Assembly: GCF_018977255.1 (NCBI RefSeq)
Contig: NW_024705382.1
Coordinates: forward strand, 1-50,071
Direction of reading: 5' to 3'
DNA length: 50,071 nucleotides
Source of the DNA: Callorhinchus milii
Lineage: Eukaryota
Below the pieces are notes generated by a model. It searched no databases, had not been told where the DNA came from, and was given only the letters and a program-made list of their open reading frames with translations. Each line of letters starts with the position of its first letter. Position 1 is the stretch's first letter. Of this stretch, positions 25,481 to 36,700 are shown piece after piece. Position numbers and translations under genes: made by a program.

Positions 25481-26520
25481 TGTAGCGAATGGGTTAACTT
25501 TTAGTTAAGTGTGGGGGGCAACTGGACTGACAGTCATGGCATAGGACACATCTGGTTTTCTCTGTTTTTGAAAGAATAACAGGAGAGCTTTGGAAAAGGG
25601 CAGGGTTAACCTCTGATCAATAAATGACAACACGCCCACAGAGATAACGGTCCAAGGTATCGGTCGACACAGGATCTCGACTGAGCAATAATTCGCTAGA
25701 TTCTGACAGGGCCAAGCGACAGAAGGCAACCCTCAAGAATAGCAACTAATGAGCAAGTTGCTTAAACTGGAGGACTTTGGTACCATCCCGGGATACTGAT
25801 AAGACATAACCAGTCACTTTAAAGGAAAGTACTAATGATCGCACACCACAAAATAATGAGCAGCCGATACAGCCCTAAACTGATCAGTCCTCTATGTTAG
25901 ACGGTTAGATCAAATAACAGGGGTCTTAAGGACAATGTTATGTGCGTTGAGGCACGTACACCCCATGAGGTATTCAAGTTAACCCAACATGATTTCGACT
26001 AAGTGATCTGATGTCCGCACTATGATTGGACGAGCATCGGTATAAGAGTTCTGTTAACTTTGTGAACGGGGCCGTCCCGGGTCGTGGAGACGAGGGTACG
26101 GGAGATGGGGCCGTCCCGGGTCGTGGAGACAAGGATACGGGAGATGGGGCCATCCCGGGTCGCGGAGACCAGTGTACGGGTGATAGAAGACTGAGAGCTA
26201 GAAACACTAAGACTGAGGATATCAGAGGGAAGATTGAAAGCTGTAAGCAAGAAGACTGAGAGCATGAATAATTAAGCTTGTGTGCTGTAAAGACACAGTG
26301 TTGAACTCGAGATATCTACGGTGGTACTGTTCTGTTATAAGATTTGTTGATTGTACCGGCCTTTGGTCTGACCCATCGGGATATTGGTGAATAACGCACG
26401 AATAATAATAAAACAGTCCGATATCTGGTTGCAAACGGATTATGGCTGATTTTATTTTCGAACATGAGGTACCCATGCTTTGACTCTTGCCAATTTGTGC
26501 CGAATACTTTCAGGGACAAG
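25481..26520 (+). mobile_element. Solo-LTR-like element; 3' boundary uncertain
   Basis: Begins TGTAGCG, has a reverse CCAAT (GATTGG at about 26024), TATAAGAG at 26041, three 39-bp tandem repeats, and AATAAA at about 26407. CpG is retained. No clean target-site duplication was found. Confidence 0.45.
26068..26184. repeat. 3 x 39-bp tandem repeat GGGGCCGTCCCGGGTCGTGGAGACGAGGGTACGGGAGAT
   Basis: Units start at 26068, 26107 and 26146. Confidence 0.95.
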
Positions 26521-27199
26521 GCTGAAAGTAGATATGCCACTGGGCCATTCCATTCTAAGCAAAGCGTGTTTGATGTGTTGGTGGGTGGAAGCATTCTCAG
26601 TCTGGTTTGGATATCCTTAATCACGGTGATGGGTTGGTACATGTGTCAGACACTCGACAACCAAATCACATACTACAGGATCGAGTGGAGCGAGAGGATG
26701 ATGGTAATATAATACAACATCACATTTGTATAGCGTCATTCATGTCGGGAGAACATAATGATAGAGATATGGAGACTGGTGAAGGATCGCAAACAAGCTG
26801 CAGTTTTGTATGGTCTGCAGTTTGAGTAGAGTGCGTGTTTGAATGCCATTGAGTAAGGGATTCATATAGTCTGGCTCCAATATAATAAAGATGTATATAT
26901 GTTTTTGGACACACCAGGGGAAGGAGGTGTGAGACGTGCAGCTGCAGGTAAGCAATATTATAGAGGTGAGCGAAAGCCAAGCGTGAGTGAGAGACAAGTT
27001 ACATGGATTAAAGGACTGTTAAGGTGGAATAAGACAATATCTTCTCATTGGCACAGAAACGTGAATTTAGCTTTGATACAGATTGATGCCGTCAACACCT
27101 AGGGTGAGTAAATACTGTCAAGACTCAAACAGGTGAGCCTCCGTCTTGACTACATTCAACTGAAGATAGACGGAGATCAATCAGCATTTGATGTCTTAC

Positions 27200-28062
27200 A
27201 GTGTGTGTTTGTTAGTGCTGGTGTCATGGGACTGAGTTGAAGTATGTGTGTGTCGGCGTTGGTGGCGTGGGGCTGAGCTGGTGAAGTGTGTGTGTGTGTC
27301 AGTGTTGTGACTTGGGGGTTAGTTGTGGAAGTATATGTGCGTCATTGTTGGTGGCGTGCAGCTGAGATGGTGAAATGTGTGCATCAGTGTTGGTAACATG
27401 CATCTGAGTTGGTGAAATATTTGTGTCAGTATTGGTAAGATGGAGCTGAGATGGTGAAGTGTGCGTATCAGTGTTTGTGAGGACACCATGGGGCTGAGCT
27501 GATGGAGTTTGTGTGTGTCATTGTTGGTGACATGGAGCTGAGTTGGTGAAGTTTGTGTTTCAGCGTTGGTAACATGGAGCTGAGCTGGCTGTGTGTGTGT
27601 CAGTGTTGGTGAGGGCAACATGGAGCTGAGCTTGTGGAATGTGTTGTTGTCAGTTGGTAAGGGCACCTGGTGCTGATCTGGTGAAGTATGTGTGGGTCAG
27701 TGTTGTTGAGGACACTATGGGGCTTTGCTGGTGAAGAGTATGTCAGTGTCTGTGGCATGGGGCTGAGTTGGAGAATTGCGTGTGTTAGTCTTGGTTACAT
27801 GGGGCTGAGCTAGAGAAGTCTGCGTGTGTCAGTGTTGGTGGCATAGGGCTGAGCTGGTAAAGTGTGTGTGTGTCAGTGTTGGTGGCAAGATGCTGGGTTG
27901 TAGATGTGTATCAGTGTTGATGACGAGGTGCTCAGTAGGGGAAGTAGGTGATGGTGGCATGGGGCTGATTTGGGGATGTCTGTGCGTCAGTCTTGGTGAG
28001 GACACCATGGGGCTGATCTGGAGTGTGTTTTTATCAGTATTGGTGGCATGGAGCTGGGCTGG
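27200..28062. repeat. Degenerate ~40-45-bp minisatellite (GTGTCAGTGTTGGTGGCATGGGGCTGAGCTGGTGAA)
   Basis: About 20 diverged copies. Confidence 0.88.
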
Positions 28063-28063
28063 G

Positions 28064-28765
28064 CAACAACAACAACAACAAGATTCCATTTATAAAGCGC
28101 CTTTCACGTCAGGAGTACGTCCCAAGGCGCTGCAGAGTTGGGTCATGATCCGAGCAGGGGGAAAATGGTCAGGGTGAGGGGAGGGAAGGGAGGGAGCGAG
28201 GAGGGTCGAAATGGTCAGGGTGAGGGGAGGGAAGGGAGGGAGAGAGGAGGGGGAAGAGAGTCGAGAGGGGAGCTGAAGGCTCGGTCAAAGAGAAAGGCTT
28301 TGAGACCGGCCTTGAAGGAGGAGAGGGAGGAGGCGGTGAAGGCACTGGGGGATAGAGTTCCAGAGCCGAGGGGCTGAGAGGCTGAAGGCCCGACCACCGA
28401 TGGTAGGGCGGTTGGGGCGGGGGATGTGGAGCAGACCGGAGCCGGAGGAACGGTAGGGTACGGGCAGGTAGGTAGGGGGATAGTAGGTCAGAGAGGTAGG
28501 AGGGAGCAAGGCCGTGAATGGCCTTGTAGGTGAGGATGTAGATCTTGAAATCAATCCTCTGGGGGATGGGGAGCCGGTGGAGGGGAGCGATGGTGGGAGT
28601 GATGTGGTCGCGGTGTCTGGTGCGGGACAGTACACGAGCTGCAGAGTTCTGAATGACCTGCAGTGTGGAGGGAGGTGGCGGGAAGGCCGCGAGGAGAGAG
28701 TTCCCATAGTCCAGCCTTGAGGTGACAAAGGCGTGGACCAGGGTTTCAGCAGCGTGACGTGCCAG
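28064..28765 (-). mobile_element. L2-clade LINE 3' fragment, little diverged
   Basis: ORF 28169-28831 encodes AETLVHAFVTSRLDYGNSLL...IQNSAARVL...HITP...LH.LPI.QRIDFKI, the classic L2 ORF2 end, plus a (TTG)n tail. Confidence 0.93.
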
Positions 28766-28849
28766 GATAAACCCGGGAAAGAATGTTAAAACAAGGCCAG
28801 TCACACTGATGTCATTGGGATGGAAACGCATAGAGAATATAATACGGGA

Positions 28850-30108
28850 TAATAAAAAATTTCACTCAATAAAATATAGGTTAATAAAAGACAGTCAGCA
28901 TTGGTTTATTAAAGACAAATCGGGCCTGAAGAACCCGATAGAGACGTTTGGTGAAGGATTGGAGAGTATGGATGAAGGTAGTGCAGTTGATGTAGTTTAA
29001 ATGGATTCTCAAAAGGTGTTCGGTAAAGTGCCACATAAGAAACTTGTAAGCAAACTGGAACCCCACGGTATCAAATGCAGAGTAGTAGCATTGATACAGA
29101 ACTGGCTGGGAGACAGAAAGCTGAGAGAGATGTGTTCACCGGTATCCCCCATGGGTCGCTATTGGATCCACTGCTGTTTCTGATCTACATAAATAACCTG
29201 GACTTTGGTGTAGAAGTACAATTTCCAAATTTCCAGTTGAGACTTAGCTCGGAAAGGTAGCAAACAGTGAGGAGGATCGTAGCTGAATGTAAGGGTACAG
29301 ACAGACTGGTCAAATGGGCAGACACGTGACGTATACATCTTACTGTGGAGAAATGTGAAGTAATACATTTTAGGAAGAAGAATGAGGAGGGGCAATATAA
29401 AATAGATGGTAGAATTTTAAAGGGGGTGAAGGAAAAAAGAGACTGGGGTTCATATAAGTAAATCTTTCAAGGTGGCAGGACAGGTATATAATGCTGTTAA
29501 GAAAGCATACAGGATACCAGGCTTTATAAATAGGGGCATAGTATACAAAAGTCAAGAAGTGATGATGAACATTTATAAAACAATGGCTGGGCCTCAGCTA
29601 GAGATTGTGAAGAGTAATGAGCACCACATTTTAGGAAGGATGTCAATGGATTGGAGAGGGTGCAAAGGAGATTTACAGCAGGAGACCAGGAATGAGGGAC
29701 TTCAGTTATCAGGAGAGGCTACAAAAGCTAGGATTATTCTCCTTGGAGCACAGAAGGTTTAGGGGAGACTTAATAGAAGTTTTCAAAATGATGAAATAAT
29801 TCGATAGGGTGAACCAGGAGAAACAATTTCCACTGGTGGGTGGGTCGGTAACCGGAGGACAACGATTTAAAATAGTTGTTGAAAGAAGCAGCGGGGAGGG
29901 GAGGAGAATTTTTTTCGGATCTGGAATACATTGTCTGAAAGGGTGGTAGAAGCCGATTCTAGAGAAGAAGCAGAGAGAAGTAGATAATTATTTGGGGAAG
30001 GGAAATTTGCATGGCTATGGGGAGAGAGTGGGGCAGTGGCTTTAATTTGGGTAGCTCTTTTCAAAGACGAAATTGTCTGTATGGCCTCCTTCTGTTTCCT
30101 ATGATTCT
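28850..30108 (+). mobile_element. CR1/L3-clade LINE, degraded RT and 3' end
   Basis: Fragments SQH.F.KDKS, VDVV.MD.QK.F.KVPHKKL, GIPHGSLLDPLLFLIYINNL; tail ATGGCCTCCTTCTGTTTCCTATGATTCT. Confidence 0.9.
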
Positions 30109-30685
30109 GTAAAATTGGCTGCTATATTCACCTACAAAATACAGATTCACTATAATTCGCCATAAGCGGGGAAGTGTTTTGAGACATCTTCCTAACTTGA
30201 AAGAAAACAAATGCAAGAAACGTCAGTACATTTCCACCTAACTACAATTGAGTAAGACACCTGAATATACTTAATTGCTGAATTTATCATGACGATACTC
30301 TTGCAATTTATTTCGTTGTAGGATAAATGTTAATAATGAGGAAGAAGGACAGTCCATTAGAAATGTTAACCGTGTGTTTTTGCCTGAGAGATCACGTCTG
30401 GATTCCCTGTTAGTCTTGCAACTGTTAAAAACGCTCAGCACCTGTCGCAAATCTTACAAACCAGGCTGCACTTAGCAGCAATTGGGGCGATTTTTGAATA
30501 TTGTTGGGAAAGGGGAAATATATTTCTGAAACACAGAACCACGAGAAAACAGATGATTCGATTAAATGGTCACCATCACCACCACTAAGCATGTGTACAT
30601 CTGGCAGGACTGAAACAGCGACCACATCTGGTGTTGCCCAACTACATTGTGAATCGATTCCACCACTTTGGGAGGTTGGAGTGAG

Positions 30686-30776
30686 ATGGCCTCCACGGAG
30701 ACTGAACCTAGTGCCAGTGCAGAGGGCGATGGAATGACCCGTGGTATTGATCAAGCCCCCTGCAAAACACCAACAG
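30686..30776 (+). CDS. NLR putative first coding exon ([30 protein letters not shown])
   Basis: ATG in good Kozak context (gagATGG), in-frame upstream stop at 30650, and a phase-1 donor CAG|gtaatg that matches the phase-1 acceptor of the next exon. Confidence 0.6.
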
Positions 30777-33700
30777 GTAATGGCTTCTCTTTAAGGAAAA
30801 TTTTAAAGAGATGATAATGAACAAATGTAATGTGTTTATTAAGTACTTTTAAACAAAAGCAGGTACATTTATCTCACACACTTTGGAAACGAAAGATCAG
30901 TCAATATATATTGGGGTTGAGCCAATTCCCAATTTGTGAAATGGAAGATCAGGGACATGTTGGACGGTTCATGAACCAATCGCTGATGATGACAGACCAT
31001 ACAGACTGACCCATGGCAGGTTTTGCAGTGAAAATACATCCAACCTGACACATGGGCAGGGCTTGCAGTGACATACCAGCCTGCCCGGCACATGGTTAGG
31101 TCTTGTTGTGGAAAATCATTCCTGGGGGATAGTATGCTTCCAAATCAGCTCCTTCTGAGGTTGCAAACCAAAGCCATTATGTGTAAAGTGAACACAGCCC
31201 ACATGTATGATAGACAAATCTACTTCACCGCTTCCTCCTTCTCCTCCAGCTGCAACTCCCAGTCCTCTAATGCTTTGTCAGTTTGTGTGACGGGCATCAA
31301 GGCGTGGATGAGTGCAAACTTCCTGCAGCTGAACGTCAGCAAGATCCATCCATCCTTCCAAGCCATACACTTTGGCTCCCGTCAACGTCTTCTTTCATGT
31401 GGCTCCGAACACCTCAACCTCCTCGGGCTCTCCCACAAACACACCCTACCCGTGCGCAAACTAGGTGTCAGGTTCTCTCCGTAGCCTTCTTTTCTCCCCC
31501 ACATTCGTTCCCTGACCAGGACAGTTTGTTTTTTCACCTCTGTCACATTAGTGGAGTCCTGTAGCTCAGTGGTTAGAGCACTCGCTTTCCAACTGAGAGA
31601 CATGAGTTCAATTTCAGGCAGGGCGAAATCTTGGGCAAGTTTCCTTACTCCACACGCCTAATAATAATCCCTCAAAAAAAAACAATAATAAAAAAAATTG
31701 GTCATTTTCAATCTACGACTATTTGTGGGACATTGCTGTGCGCAATTGGCTGCCGCGTTCGCCCACAAATATACAGTCAATTCACTTTACAGTGTGTTCT
31801 GTGAAGCGCTTTGGGACGTCCTCCCGACGTGAAAAGCGCTATATCAAATGCAAGGATTATTATTATTATTATTATTATTACCCGCCTCTGTTCGTACCTC
31901 ACATCCGCAGCAGCCCAAACCCTCATCCACGCCTCTGCCACTTCTCAGCTGGACATTTCGAATGCCCTCCCTCCTGGTCTCCTTAGTTCCACCATCAACA
32001 TTATTTAATTATCTCCGCTATTCGGATGCCAAACCACAGAAAGGGAAGGATCCAAATCACTTCAGTCCTTGCCAGGCTGCACTAGATCCCAATTTCCGAA
32101 AGGATCGACTTTCAAATCCTTTTCCTCGTTTTCAAACCCTGTATGTCTTGCACCTCCCTACCTTTCCGACTTGCTCAACCCCCACTCCACCACCTGCTGC
32201 CTAGAGAGAATAGGGGCTTTAACCTGCAAACTTCTGACTATGGTATGCATGTGTTCAACTTAATAGATCAATGATAGATGTTCAAAATTAGGAAGGGTTT
32301 TGATAGAGTAGAGCGGAATAAACTCTTTCCTCTGGAGGGTAGATTGGTAACCAGCGGATTTAAAATAAAGATCCAGCGAGGATACTTGCAGTGGATTGTC
32401 AGGCTGGTTTATGAGGTCAAAATCCTTATGTGGAACTTGAACCACAACCCTCTGTCTCAGGGGCGAGAGTCATACCAACTGAGCCAGGCTGACACGTCTC
32501 TGATATCAGCTACTAAATGGTGTTTATGACCAACTGAGGTCTGTTTATTCAGGGCTTTTTTTTACGATCAACATAGTAATATTTTCCGAAACATGTTCCG
32601 AGGAAAAAGAGTAAAATAATATCTGACTAATGTTTTTATTGGTTGCTAACAGGTACAAATACCTTATTCACTGAGACCCTGACCCTGTATGATGATTACC
32701 AGCTGCACAGACTGACAAAGTTCTACCGGGACAGATTGGAACAGGCCATTGAGGAAGGCGTGGAGGACATCAGCTCAAGGCTCAGACAGAAGGAATGTTT
32801 TAGCCCGCAGGAGCACAAAGTATGTTTGAGACAGACTGTATCATTTGCCTTTCATTTGTTAAAGTCTCACTAAGTCAGTGCTTGCCTGCACGGCTCATGT
32901 GCTGCTTTTTCAGAAAATCAATAGAATAGCAAACAAACAGCTTATGCAACCAGTTATGTTAAAATATAGGACATGCACCATATGTGTGTCGTGGATCAAT
33001 ACAGCGCCGTGTATGAGGTGTCTGTACGGCCAAAAAACTGAACAAAAACTTGTGATTATCTAGCGCTGTTTACATGGCGAGGAAGTCACAAGGCACTGAA
33101 CAGTTAAGTTAGAGCCTGAGCTGGATTTCGGAAGTGTTGGGGAGGGCAGATGATAAAAGGCGTAGTCACAGAGGAAAGCAGTTTGTGGATGGAAGAGAAA
33201 GCAAGTCCAGTAAAACCGTCAATGGAGCTGGGTATTGCTGATCATTGTCAATGTTCATGTTTCACACCATCTTCAATACATTAATACTCACTCTTCTCAG
33301 AAACTCACTGAGCTCACACACAGTGGGCAGAGGAGACAAAGCTCCAAATTTCTTCTGAACCTGGTGATGGGGAAAGGTTCTGAGGCCCGGAGAGTGATGT
33401 GGGAATCCTTTGTGAAAATGAGACCCACTTTGCCCAAACTGAACAAAATCATGACGGAAATACAGCAACAAGGTAATGTGTGATGTTTCTCTGTGCCTCA
33501 ATTCACATTTTACTGAGACACCATCCCTTCAATTTAATAATGTTAACTCTATTCCAACAGGTGCCAGTCTAGTGGATGACGTGACCATTGACCAAAGTGT
33601 ATCAGATGTCTCCAGTGATCTGAAAGGTATGTGACAGTGACAAGATACAAACCAGTCAATCACTTCTGAAATACACAGTTTGGCAGTTTACCATTTACTG

Positions 33701-36700
33701 ATGATATCCAGAAAATACAAACGAGGAGAGGGGAGGGGGAATGTGGGAGGAAGGAGCGAAGATTGGAGTGGAGAGAGGAGTGTGTTGGGGAGAGGGATGT
33801 ATGGTGGGCAGAGGGGGTTATGGAGTGGGGAGAAGGGAGTATGGAGTAGGGAAGGGTGTATGGACTGGGTAGGGGACATGGAGGGGAGAGGGGAGCATGG
33901 AGGAGAAATGTAAGCTTGCAGGGGAGAGGGGAGCATGGAGTGTTCAGGTAAGGTTGCAGGGGAGCGGAGAGCATACAGGGGAATGGGGAGCCTAGAGGGG
34001 AGCATGGAGGGGAACACGGAGGGTAGAAGGGAGCATAGAGGGGCGAAAGGAGCATTGAGGGACCCATTGAGGGGAGCATAGAATTGCGAGGGGAGCATGG
34101 AGGGGAGCATGGAGGAGAGAGGAGAGGTGAATATGAACGGGAGAGGCAACATGCAGGGGAGTGGAGAAGGGGAATATAGAAGCGAGACAGTATTATAGAG
34201 GTGAGAGGGATTATGGAGGAGAGGGGATTATGGAGGGGTAAGGGGCGTATGGAAGGATGAGAGGCATATGGAGGGGAGAGGAGAACATGGAGGGGAGAGG
34301 AGAAAGGGGCGTATGGAGGGGAGTATGAAGGGGAGATAGGAGTATGCAGGGGAGAGGGGTGTGTGGAGGGGAGAGGGGTGTGTGGAGGGGAGAGGGTTGT
34401 GTGGAGGGGAGAGGGCTGTGTGGAAGGGAGAGGGGTGTGTGGAGGGGAGTGTGGACGGGAGAGGGCAGTGTGGACGGGAGAGGGCAGTGTGGACCGTAGA
34501 GGGCAGTATGGCGTGGAGAGGGCAGTATAGCGTGGAGAGGAGTATGTAAGGGAGAGAGGAGTATGTAAGGGAGAGGCGAGTATGGAGGGAACAGGCAATA
34601 TGGAGGGGAGAGGGGAGTATGGAGGGGAGAGGGGAGTGTGGAGAGTAGTATGGAGGGGAGAAAAGAGTATGGAGGGGTGCATGGAGGGGAGAAGTGAATA
34701 TGGAGGTGAGAATGGAGTATGGAGGGACGACAAGATGCGAGTATGAAGGGGAGCGTGTAGGAGGGAGGGATAGTAGGCAGCCGAAGGAAGATGGGAGAAG
34801 GGAGATCAGGAGTGAAGGGAATTATGCTTATATAATTCTTAAATTATTTCAGCAAATATTACTTTGGAATGATCTTTCCCACAAGAAGTTACACATTCAT
34901 TATATAATGCCCTGAAAATCTGCCATGTTTTGACTGTTCTGACGTGAATTCAAATCCAGGCAGGGCGAAACCTGGGCAAGTTTCCTTACTCCACACGCCT
35001 AATAATAATTCCTCCAAAGAAACAAAGAAACACAATCAATGGGTCATTTTCAATCCATGACTGTTTGTGGATCATTGCTGTGCGCAATTGGCTGCCGCGT
35101 TTGCCCACAAATATACAGTCAATTCACTTTACAGTATATTCTGTGAAGCACTTTGGGACGTCTAGCAGACGTGAAAAGTGCGATATCAAATCATGGATTA
35201 TTACTATTATTATTATTAATGTAATTCAGATTGTTTACCTCTTAGTTGTTCAGCTCAATTTGTGTTCCTCTTCTCTCGCAGTCAGAGTTATGGGTTTCAG
35301 TTCACAATATATAGATACGGAAATCAGGGTGGCATGTAGCAAATCAACGTGGTTATAATGGGAGATTTTATTTTTCACATAGACTGGGAGAAGTAGGAAA
35401 CCTCAAGTTGTAACAGCGTAAAAGGCGCTCTGTAAAAGTAGTTTTGATGTTGTTATTGCGTTCAGTTTTGGGTTCCACACCACAAGAAAAATATATTAGC
35501 TTTGGAAGGGCTGTAGCGCAGATTCACCAGAATGTTACTGGGCCAAAAAGGGTTACGTTACGAGAAAGGCTGCTTAAACTTGAATTGTACTCCCTCGAGT
35601 TTGGAAGATTGAGGGGTGATTTGATGGAGGTTTTTAGGGCGATAAAGGGATTTGATAGGGAAGATGCAGAAAGCTATTTCCTGGGTTAGGGGAATGCAAA
35701 TCAAGGGAGGATATTCTAACAAGTAGAACCAGACCATGTAAGAGTGGTAGTGGGAAGCATTTTTTTCCCTCAAAGGGTTTTAGAAATCTGGAACTCTCTC
35801 CCCCAAAAGGTCATGGATGCTGGATCCATCCACTCCTTCAAGAGATTGACAGATTTTTGGTAGGTCGGGGAATTAAAGGATATGGGGAGAAAGCACGAAA
35901 TTTGATTTGAAATTCCAGTAAAGATATAGATCAGCCATGATCTAATTAAATGGCGGAACAGGCTTGATGGCTGAATGGCCTACTCCTGTTCCTATGTTCC
36001 TGAATATCAACAGGATATGTTGACACTCAGTGCCATTCTGGGTTTTGCTGCATTGCAGTCGAAGCCGTCATTTGGACATTAAACTGAGGTCCCGTCTGCC
36101 TATTCGGGTGGATGTTAAAGATCCAGCGGCACTATTTGAAAACAGAATGGAATTTCCCTCTCCCGGATTCCTGGCCAACAATCCCTCAAATAAATGTAGT
36201 CACTCATTTCCCGACTACTTGTGGCTGCTGTCGCTTTTCGCAATGTGGCTGCTGCATCTGCCCAACAAACACAATCACCACACTTTAAACTAAGTCGTAT
36301 GCAGCGCTTTGGAATGTAATCCTTCTTTCAAAGCCCCTTAACTGAAACTAAATGTCATTTTTTAATAATGCTAAATAATTCCTCAATTTACTCTCCGATT
36401 GATTATTGTTCCACATGAAGCCGTTCAGCAATTGCACAAGGAGGCGTTACGGAAACAAACTGAGAAGCTGGAAGTGAAGACCATCCTGATAAAGGAGAAG
36501 GTGAAGAAGTTTCAACTAGTTGATCGCTACACGGAATTAACCATCACTTCTGATGTACGTCAAAGGGATCTGGTAGAACATGAGCTGCTGGCGAGAGGCA
36601 GAGACCACGAGGAGTGGAGACAGAAGCAAATCCGGGGAGAGCTGGAAAAAATCCGAACTGATAAACTGTTCCACAGCAGCTTCTCCAGAGCAGGCTTCTT

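Noticed and set aside
28169..28831. 220-aa ORF as a host gene
   Set aside because: It is the C-terminus of L2 ORF2, 5'-truncated and frameshifted.
33660..34733. 357-aa minus-strand ORF
   Set aside because: S/P/L low-complexity translation of a polypurine tract lying inside an NLR intron.
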